From: a virus
Lineage: Duplodnaviria; Caudoviricetes
Reading direction: 5' to 3' (one strand)
DNA: 44,440 bases
IMG/VR virus record: IMGVR_UViG_3300030118_002182
Location: 1-44,440 of that record
The notes under the pieces were generated by a model. The model searched no databases. It was not told the DNA's origin and saw nothing but the letters and a program-made list of their open reading frames with translations. A program made the translations under genes and the position numbers. Positions 37,767 through 44,440 of the stretch are shown piece by piece; within the stretch, counting starts at the first letter, position 1, and every line of letters begins with the position of its first letter.

Positions 37767-38251
37767 AAAAATTATTAAAGAAAGGTATTTTAAAAAATGT
37801 TGTTGGTGCAGTTGCTCCTACACTGGGTAGTGCTTTAGGTGGACCTATGGGAGGTATGGCTATGAATATGATAGCTGAAAAGCTAGGCGTTCCTAATAAT
37901 CCAAAAGCTGTAGAGAAAGCCATAGAGAATGCTACACCTGAACAAATGATAGAGATTAAAAAAGCAGAACAGGCTTTTGATTTACAAATGAAAGAGCTTG
38001 ATGTTGATGTATTTAAAATGGAAGTAGCAGATGGACAAGATGCTAGAAAACATTTTAGTAAAGATTGGACAGCTAGGATTATGGGTATTGCTGTCATAGG
38101 TGGATTTTTAGGATATATATTCTTAGTAACAATTCAACCACCAGAACAAAACTCAGAAGCTTTGATAAACTTAGTGCTAGGATACTTAGGTGGTTTAGCT
38201 AGTGCAGTAATAAGTTTTTACTTTGGAGCTTCTAACTCAGGAAAGGATTAA
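37763..38251 (+). CDS. Holin-like membrane protein
   Basis: VAPTLGSALGGP...DAR...two TM helices...SFYFGAS. Confidence 0.7.
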   Translation: MKKLLKKGILKNVVGAVAPTLGSALGGPMGGMAMNMIAEKLGVPNNPKAVEKAIENATPEQMIEIKKAEQAFDLQMKELDVDVFKMEVADGQDARKHFSKDWTARIMGIAVIGGFLGYIFLVTIQPPEQNSEALINLVLGYLGGLASAVISFYFGASNSGKD

Positions 38252-38255
38252 TACA

Positions 38256-38414
38256 ATGGGAAAAATATTAGCAAACATACTTAAAAAACTGGTAAGTGAA
38301 GAAACACTTATTGGTATATTAGTAGTAGTTGGTGATTATTTAGTCGAGCAATCATCTAACAAGCTAGATAATAAAGTATGGGATAAAGTAAAAAAATCAC
38401 TGGAAAAAAAATAG
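38256..38414 (+). CDS. Small hypothetical protein, 52 aa
   Basis: AAGGA RBS. Confidence 0.65.
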   Translation: MGKILANILKKLVSEETLIGILVVVGDYLVEQSSNKLDNKVWDKVKKSLEKK

Positions 38415-38423
38415 GAGGACATT

Positions 38424-38459
38424 ATGAACTGTGAATGTGGATGCGGTTGTGTCAGATAA
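38424..38459 (+). CDS. 11-aa Cys-rich micro-ORF MNCECGCGCVR
   Basis: AGGAGG RBS 5 nt upstream; overlaps GTG 38449. Confidence 0.5.
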   Translation: MNCECGCGCVR

Positions 38460-39684
38460 GAAAAAGACTACAATGTTGGACCTAGCAGGTTCACCATCAT
38501 TTAACTATGAGGCAGCGGCAGTGTCATTGAATACTGCCAATGCTACTCGTGTATCCAGACAACTTCAATCTGATTCTGTAGAGATGGATAGAAGAGAGAA
38601 GATTCACAGAGCATTACAAAACTTTGGACTTGCTACTGCTGGTGCAAGTATAGCCTCTCCCCCAACGGCATTGTTTACAGAAATAGCAGGAAGCATTGCT
38701 GACTTAACAGACGGTATATTATACTCACTAGAAGGAGAACACGGAAACGCAGCATTATCCTATGCTTCTATCTTACCTGTAGTAGGTGCTGCAGTGGCTG
38801 CTAAAAGAGGGATGAAGTTAGCTGAGAAGGCTAATGAGGAACTTATAGATGTATACCACGGTTTTGAGTCTAGGTTCACAAAACATAATATTATAGAATC
38901 TGGAGGAGAAAAGGTTGCAGTAGGAAGACAGCACAGATTTTTTGAACAAATGGATGATAATCAGTTAGAGTACTTGTTTAAAAATTCAGTTCCAAACCCA
39001 GAAGATGGTATGAATTTATTAAAAAGATATAAAGATACAGGAGAAATACCTTTATCTATAATGGATTTAGAAGTTAGAATGGGACCAAAACAATACAAGG
39101 CTATGGGATATTCAAGAAAAGAATATATAGATGATTTGTATGAACAAAATCAGTATAAAAAAGATATGTTTGGAGAGGATAGGCTTTATGACAATCTTGC
39201 ACCAGTAAAATTGCGACAACTAGGAAGAGACTACATTGGGGGAAGAGGAATGTCATTTAAAAACCCTTTCTATCAATTTGTAGAAGAAGATAAGTTTGTA
39301 GATGTTGCAAAGAAAAGCCAATACTTTACAACGCCTAGAATGGTGTGGGCATCTACCGAGTTAGGCGAAGCCACAAAATACGGAGAAAGTGTATTACATT
39401 TTAAAATACCTAAAAGTTATTTATTAGAACAAATACAAAAAGGAAAGTTAAGAGGTAACGACCCAGTTTTTGTCGATAAGTTTTATGATGATTTAAATTT
39501 TAAACGAATACCAGGACAAGATATAGAGGATTTAAAAGATGTTCAGTATCCTGTATTTGGATTTGAAAAAGGAACATCGAGTTATAAAGGACAAAGACAA
39601 TTTGATTTTTTTTCTAGTGAAATGATATTAGATGAAGGATTGCCTATGAGATTTCATTACAGAACTCTAAAGGGAGAAGGATAA
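38449..39684 (+). CDS. Polymorphic-toxin-like protein: pre-toxin-like linker plus ADP-ribosyltransferase-like domain
   Basis: IADLTDGILYSLEGEHGNAALSYASILPVVG; VYHG...VWAST...ATKYG...EMILDEGLP. Confidence 0.5.
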   Translation: MSDKKKTTMLDLAGSPSFNYEAAAVSLNTANATRVSRQLQSDSVEMDRREKIHRALQNFGLATAGASIASPPTALFTEIAGSIADLTDGILYSLEGEHGNAALSYASILPVVGAAVAAKRGMKLAEKANEELIDVYHGFESRFTKHNIIESGGEKVAVGRQHRFFEQMDDNQLEYLFKNSVPNPEDGMNLLKRYKDTGEIPLSIMDLEVRMGPKQYKAMGYSRKEYIDDLYEQNQYKKDMFGEDRLYDNLAPVKLRQLGRDYIGGRGMSFKNPFYQFVEEDKFVDVAKKSQYFTTPRMVWASTELGEATKYGESVLHFKIPKSYLLEQIQKGKLRGNDPVFVDKFYDDLNFKRIPGQDIEDLKDVQYPVFGFEKGTSSYKGQRQFDFFSSEMILDEGLPMRFHYRTLKGEG

Positions 39685-39845
39685 TGTCAGATAAGAAAAC
39701 AACAATGTTAGATTTAGCAGGGTCACCTTCGTTTAATTACGAAGCAAAGTTTAGAGATGATTATATAACTAACCGAGATTTATTTAAAAAGAATATAGAA
39801 AGTAAACCATTTGGACAAGCATTAAGGGATGTGACAATAAAATAA
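39684..39845 (+). CDS. 53-aa protein sharing N-terminal peptide with upstream gene
   Basis: MSDKKTTMLDLAGSPSFNYEA...; TAATG coupling. Confidence 0.7.
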   Translation: MSDKKTTMLDLAGSPSFNYEAKFRDDYITNRDLFKKNIESKPFGQALRDVTIK

Positions 39846-39846
39846 T

Positions 39847-41967
39847 ATGGCAAAAGAAGGAATACTAATACAACGATTTGATGGTGGAGTTAATAACAAA
39901 GACTCACAGAAAGACTTACCTGAAGGATTCTTAGCAGAAGCAAAGAACATAGATGTCAGTGCAGTAGGCAGAATCAAAACACCTGGCAAGTTTGAAGCAG
40001 ATACATTTGGCTCAGGTAGCACTAGCATTAGTGTTACTTCACCTTCGTTTGTTGCTAATGCAGGATTGTTTAGCTTTAGAACAGATGAAGACATAGCATC
40101 AGGTATAGATGCTGGTGAGTTTATTGCATATACTAAAGGTAGTGGAGAAGTATTTATAGGTAATACAGCAGATGCTATGGCAGAAGAGTTTGATATAAAC
40201 ACTAACTCTATAACCAATACAGAGCCTGTATACTATTATGCTAATGGTGGATTAAGAGTGCAGGATAAGATAAATATTAACTCAAGCACTACAGCTTTTG
40301 TTCCTTTAGAAGCAAAGTCTGGTGTGTATGCTTCAGCATCAAAAGAGTATCACGCAACTACCACCGTGCTAACAGCTCCAGCTGATTCAGAGTTTGATGC
40401 TTTAGATAATAGTAATTTAGTAAATCCTGCTACAGGTAACACTGCATTAGGTACTCCTACAGCAAATATTTTAGTAGGTGTAGAGTCTGCCGCTGCTCAT
40501 TCAACACAAGGAGATGGTTTGTGGGCAGAAGGTAGATATAGTGTAGGGGTTAGTTATGTTTATTATGATGGGCAAGAATCTTTAATAAGTGATTTCTTAG
40601 GGACAGTAAACATATCAGACGGACAAATAATTCTTACATCTGCTACAATTAAAGATGGTAGTATTAATAAATTTTTACAAGGCTTTAGAGTATATATGAA
40701 AAACTTAAATGATTCTGATGAAGAGTATAGATTGTTATTAGATGTTGATTTTGAAGTAGGCTCAAGAACAAGTTTGGGAGATGAATTTGACCCACTAGTA
40801 GATAAGGGCAATCATTTTTCTACACATTCACCTATTGAAGGCGATACAGAAAGAGCATATGCTGTTCAAAATCCTAGCTCACTTAGTTACTCTGCTATCA
40901 ATGGATTTGATTTAGAAGAAAAAGCAATCTCTTTTCACGAAGCAACTGCATATAGATATGATACAGCAGTAGTTGCAAATCAACGTGCATTTGTGGGCAA
41001 CGTATTTTATCCAGATGGAACTGGTAGAGCTACTAACACTCCAGCAAGAAGATTAGGGGACAGAATACAATACACACCTGTAAGAAAGTATGATACATTC
41101 CCACAGTCATACTATATAGATATAGGAACAAATGATGGTGATGAAATTGTAAAGCTTATGGAGTTCCAAGATAGGTTGTTTGTGTACAAAAAGAACAAAC
41201 TATTTATTATTGATATTACTTCTGGTTCTGATGCTAATTGGAGTGTGATTGGAGAGTTTGAGAACAGAGGAGTATCAAGCCCAGGAGCAGTAGTAAAGAC
41301 AGACTTAGGTTTAGTATGGGCAAATGAACACGGTTTATTCGCATTCTTTGATACCATAGTGAAGCTTTCTAATGCGATTGATGATAACACTTGGGCAACC
41401 AATGTAAACGCTGAGAAAGTGCAGGTTGGATTTATACCAAAAAGAAATCAAATACTAGTGTTAGGTGATACAAGTTCTAATTCTAGTGCAGGATACATCT
41501 ATGATGTAGTAACACAATCTATTGTAAACATAGATACATCAAGTGTATTAGTTGGTGACAATGTTTCTAACTTTATTAGATTCAATCAAGAGTTGTGTCT
41601 GATGGATGAAACAGGAGAGATGAGAAGATTTAATACAAGCTCAGCTTCACACACCATAGAAATCAAAACAAAAGAATATGACTTTGGTGTGCCATCATCT
41701 GATAAAAGATTACAAAAAGTGTATGTAACACACAAAGCGGGGGACAATCTAACATTGGCAGTAGCCTATGATGGTGGTGCGTTTCCAGGGACAAACAAGT
41801 TTTCAAGCACTGCATTAAGCACAAGCGGTACAATGACACAAACATCTTTTGTGCCTACAACAGTAGAGAACTGTAAATCTATGCAGTTTAAGATTACTGG
41901 TACAGCAGAGGTAGATTTTGAACTAGAGGATATTACTGTAGTGTATAGAAGAAAGGGAGTTAGATAA
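39847..41967 (+). CDS. Tail tubular / packaged-DNA stabilisation protein (P22 gp10-like)
   Basis: FDGGVN N-terminus, beta-propeller-like repeats, IKTKEYDFG...KRLQKVYV. Confidence 0.7.
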   Translation: MAKEGILIQRFDGGVNNKDSQKDLPEGFLAEAKNIDVSAVGRIKTPGKFEADTFGSGSTSISVTSPSFVANAGLFSFRTDEDIASGIDAGEFIAYTKGSGEVFIGNTADAMAEEFDINTNSITNTEPVYYYANGGLRVQDKININSSTTAFVPLEAKSGVYASASKEYHATTTVLTAPADSEFDALDNSNLVNPATGNTALGTPTANILVGVESAAAHSTQGDGLWAEGRYSVGVSYVYYDGQESLISDFLGTVNISDGQIILTSATIKDGSINKFLQGFRVYMKNLNDSDEEYRLLLDVDFEVGSRTSLGDEFDPLVDKGNHFSTHSPIEGDTERAYAVQNPSSLSYSAINGFDLEEKAISFHEATAYRYDTAVVANQRAFVGNVFYPDGTGRATNTPARRLGDRIQYTPVRKYDTFPQSYYIDIGTNDGDEIVKLMEFQDRLFVYKKNKLFIIDITSGSDANWSVIGEFENRGVSSPGAVVKTDLGLVWANEHGLFAFFDTIVKLSNAIDDNTWATNVNAEKVQVGFIPKRNQILVLGDTSSNSSAGYIYDVVTQSIVNIDTSSVLVGDNVSNFIRFNQELCLMDETGEMRRFNTSSASHTIEIKTKEYDFGVPSSDKRLQKVYVTHKAGDNLTLAVAYDGGAFPGTNKFSSTALSTSGTMTQTSFVPTTVENCKSMQFKITGTAEVDFELEDITVVYRRKGVR

Positions 41968-42305
41968 TGAACAGACCATTGAAGAAAGGACCTGTTTCAA
42001 AAGAACAACTTAGAAATGGTGAAGAGGTTATAACATTTCATAGAGGTAAACTAAAACTTATAAGAAAAGAATTTGGCAAATTGTTTGAGTTAGAGTTCAG
42101 TAGTCCTGAAATAAAAGAACTTAAAACTTTTGCAAAACATTCTGACGTTAGAGCTCCACAAAAAAACGCAGTAAGAGTAATTAAAGAAGGCGTAAGAATA
42201 GCAGATGATAATAAAAACTTATTTGCTACCTTACCAGATACAACAAGTTCTGAAGCACAGACAGGAGAGGCGGTAGTAGATAGTGGTAACGTTATACCAA
42301 AGTAA
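41967..42305 (+). CDS. Hypothetical protein
   Basis: ORF adjacent to tail gene. Confidence 0.7.
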   Translation: MNRPLKKGPVSKEQLRNGEEVITFHRGKLKLIRKEFGKLFELEFSSPEIKELKTFAKHSDVRAPQKNAVRVIKEGVRIADDNKNLFATLPDTTSSEAQTGEAVVDSGNVIPK

Positions 42306-42326
42306 TAGGTTGTTTATGGTTGTTCG

Positions 42327-42364
42327 TCTTGACTTGACAGAGAGTAAATTGGTAAATTTTAGAC
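42327..42364 (+). promoter_or_regulatory. Putative late promoter before ejection-protein operon
   Basis: TTGACT-N18-TAAATT with TG extension; matches 20812-20849. Confidence 0.6.
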
Positions 42365-42386
42365 ACATCTTTACGTAAGGATATAT

Positions 42387-43196
42387 ATGGCATATAGTGT
42401 AAGAGGAAAGTTTCAACAACAAAGTAGATACAGCAATAGAAAGTACAATCAACTGTTAGATTTAATGAGAGTACAGGCTGAGGATACTATTGAAATTGAA
42501 AGACAAGTAAATAAAAGATTAAACAAAGCATCAAAGGCTGGTGATTTAGGTTTCATAAGCGATGTTGCTAAATTTGTAACAGCAGCTACACCAACTGCTA
42601 TTGATGATGTAGTACTAAAACTAACAGAGGGTGCTATATTAGACAAAAGAAGAAGTGATGCTATTGGTGGTATAGATACCTCTAATGTAAAGTTTTTAAA
42701 AGCTGCTGCAAACAATGCAGATATGGAAGTTAGAGATTTAACTAGGCAACTAACAGAAGGATTACAATTTAAAAATGCAGTAAAAGATGTTGGTATTACA
42801 GAGGCACTTAAAGTTATATCTAAAAGTGAGAACTTTGAAAAAGTTGGAGATAAACTTAAAAAGTCTTTTGATGACATAGATTTCAAAGGTCAGCTTTTTA
42901 CAGGTGGCAATGTACAAGATTTGCTTTCTTTAGTAAAAGAGGGTACAGGAGAACTTGTAAAAGAATATAAAGAATATTTTAGTGACCCAGGTAAATATTT
43001 AAAAGAAGTAGATAAATACCAGAATCCAGAAAAGTATAGAAACAATAATGCTTTACTAATGAATATGGCTTTATCTAGTCTAGGAAAAAATAATATGTTC
43101 AGTATGTTTCCTTTCTTAATGGGTGGTAATGAATCAGATACTGAAACTGACTCAAATCCTTTTAGTGCAACAAGCCTCAATAAGAAGGGTTCATAA
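42387..43196 (+). CDS. Putative internal virion protein
   Basis: First gene of last late operon. Confidence 0.55.
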   Translation: MAYSVRGKFQQQSRYSNRKYNQLLDLMRVQAEDTIEIERQVNKRLNKASKAGDLGFISDVAKFVTAATPTAIDDVVLKLTEGAILDKRRSDAIGGIDTSNVKFLKAAANNADMEVRDLTRQLTEGLQFKNAVKDVGITEALKVISKSENFEKVGDKLKKSFDDIDFKGQLFTGGNVQDLLSLVKEGTGELVKEYKEYFSDPGKYLKEVDKYQNPEKYRNNNALLMNMALSSLGKNNMFSMFPFLMGGNESDTETDSNPFSATSLNKKGS

Positions 43197-44299
43197 TGGC
43201 AACAAGATTACAAAAACTTTTAGGATTAGCACCATTAGAAAATTTAAGGGGTAGAAGACAGAATCAACCTAATATGTCAGGACAAAATTTATTTGGTTTA
43301 GAAAGACCGATAGATACAAACTTTGAACAAATTGGTAATCAAACCCTTGCTCCGATTAGAACACAGTCTCCAGTGCAGCAAGATTATTTTAACTCACAGA
43401 TGAGTAATATGGGACTACAAAACCCAGCAAATATGTCATTGGGTCCAGATGACCCTGAAGAAGGAGACCAAGGTTCTGCTGGTCCATCTACTGATGTGCC
43501 TGAAGGAGCAGGTCCAAGCGATAGCCCAGGTACTAGCAGGTTTACTACAGACCCAGAAAATCTTTTAAGAAGTGCATTGTCAGCATTACCTCCATCACAA
43601 GCTGCACAATACCAAAAGTTTTTATCTGATGGGGAGTTAGATATTCAAGAAATTGGAGCATTAGCTGGATTTAATTTTGATGATATACAGCCAGGCAGTG
43701 AATTATATATGGCACTTGAAAATGCAGGTGCTGGTAGATTTAGAGATGCTCTTGCAAATCTTACTGGAGAACTTGCAAATGCACAAGAATTTAGAAGTGA
43801 CTTATTTGGTCAAACATTAGAGGGTGCTTCAAGAGAAGCAGGAAGTTTATTGGGTATGGCAGATGCAGGTAGTACATCAGGTCTTGTTAGTGGTAGAAGA
43901 GCAGGGCAACAACAAGAAGCTACGAATGTATTAGAAAACGCACTGTCAAGACAGCTGTTAGCAGATGAGTCTACATACTTAGGGGAAGTTGATTCTATAA
44001 TCAGTGGCTCTATAGGACAGTTACAAGATGACTTAGCAGGTCTACTTGAAAGTGTATTATCAGCACAACCTGACCTAGGAGTTTTTGCAACTGGTGATAG
44101 TGGAGGTAGTTTTGAAGAATATCCAGGATACTTGCAATCTACTATTGACTCACTAGGTTTAAGTCAGAATGAGATGGCACAAGTAGACAGCTACATACGT
44201 GGATATTTTGACCAATTTGGAGATTATCCATCTTCTGAAGTATTTAACACCTGGTATCAATCTACATTTGGAGATGAACAACAGCAGGATGAGGAGTAA
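43196..44299 (+). CDS. Acidic Gln/Gly-rich putative internal virion/ejection protein
   Basis: Composition and position. Confidence 0.55.
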   Translation: MATRLQKLLGLAPLENLRGRRQNQPNMSGQNLFGLERPIDTNFEQIGNQTLAPIRTQSPVQQDYFNSQMSNMGLQNPANMSLGPDDPEEGDQGSAGPSTDVPEGAGPSDSPGTSRFTTDPENLLRSALSALPPSQAAQYQKFLSDGELDIQEIGALAGFNFDDIQPGSELYMALENAGAGRFRDALANLTGELANAQEFRSDLFGQTLEGASREAGSLLGMADAGSTSGLVSGRRAGQQQEATNVLENALSRQLLADESTYLGEVDSIISGSIGQLQDDLAGLLESVLSAQPDLGVFATGDSGGSFEEYPGYLQSTIDSLGLSQNEMAQVDSYIRGYFDQFGDYPSSEVFNTWYQSTFGDEQQQDEE

Positions 44300-44301
44300 T
44301 T

Positions 44302-44440
44302 ATGGCAAATGGATTAACAAGACCACTAAACATTGAATCTAGGGCACCAAAAAGAACAAATATTATAGAAGATATTTTTGGTACACCTGCTGAACGTATA
44401 CAACAAAGACAGTTAGAAGCAGCTCAAGAGTTACAACAAG
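44302..44440 (+). CDS. 5' part of junction-spanning gene ending at 1350
   Basis: GAGGAG RBS, ATG 44302, open through overlap. Confidence 0.85.
   Translation, partial: MANGLTRPLNIESRAPKRTNIIEDIFGTPAERIQQRQLEAAQELQQ
44354..44440. repeat. Terminal direct repeat, copy 2
   Basis: Identical to 2-88. Confidence 0.97.

Larger units (their letters stand above)
1..44440. mobile_element. Complete circularised tailed phage genome (Caudoviricetes, podovirus-like)
   Basis: Terminase, portal, capsid and tail fibre genes; no tape measure or sheath recognised; 87-bp end overlap. Confidence 0.93.

Noticed and set aside
301-43180. Many opposite-strand ORFs in the track (e.g. 1880-2305, 32283-33038, 42449-42886)
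   Set aside because: Antisense shadows of long coupled genes, lacking RBS and plausible composition
1-44440. Stop-codon reassignment, tRNA genes or a host assignment
   Set aside because: Core genes are intact in the standard code, no cloverleaf seen, and the host cannot be determined from sequence by eye

Overview
Apparently complete, AT-rich ~44.35 kb tailed-phage genome, probably podovirus-like. Positions 2-88 are repeated exactly at 44354-44440, so the contig circularises. A plus-strand late block (17.3 kb round to 5.2 kb) carries a metallophosphoesterase, TerS/TerL, portal, scaffold, major capsid, very basic peptides, a pesticin-like muramidase, adaptor/tail proteins, a 2226-aa tail fibre, holin-like genes and putative ejection proteins. 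A minus-strand early block (15.6 to 5.3 kb) has many small ORFs, a Cas4-like nuclease, ERF, a resolvase-like and an SSB-like gene; three rightward ORFs lie at 16.0-16.9 kb. I recognise no polymerase, helicase, primase, integrase, sigma factor, tRNA or CRISPR. Main observations: (1) 11 ECF-sigma-type sites, GGAAC-N16-MRTW, precede the early genes, while late operons have sigma70-like sites; (2) a polymorphic-toxin-like, ART-motif gene shares a synonymously diverged N-terminal peptide with the next 53-aa gene and is preceded by an 11-aa Cys-rich micro-ORF; (3) structured intergenic RNA candidates, two with anti-RBS loops; (4) phased DnaA-like boxes and an ACCCTAATA repeat cluster. All family calls are motif recognition by eye, not database results.
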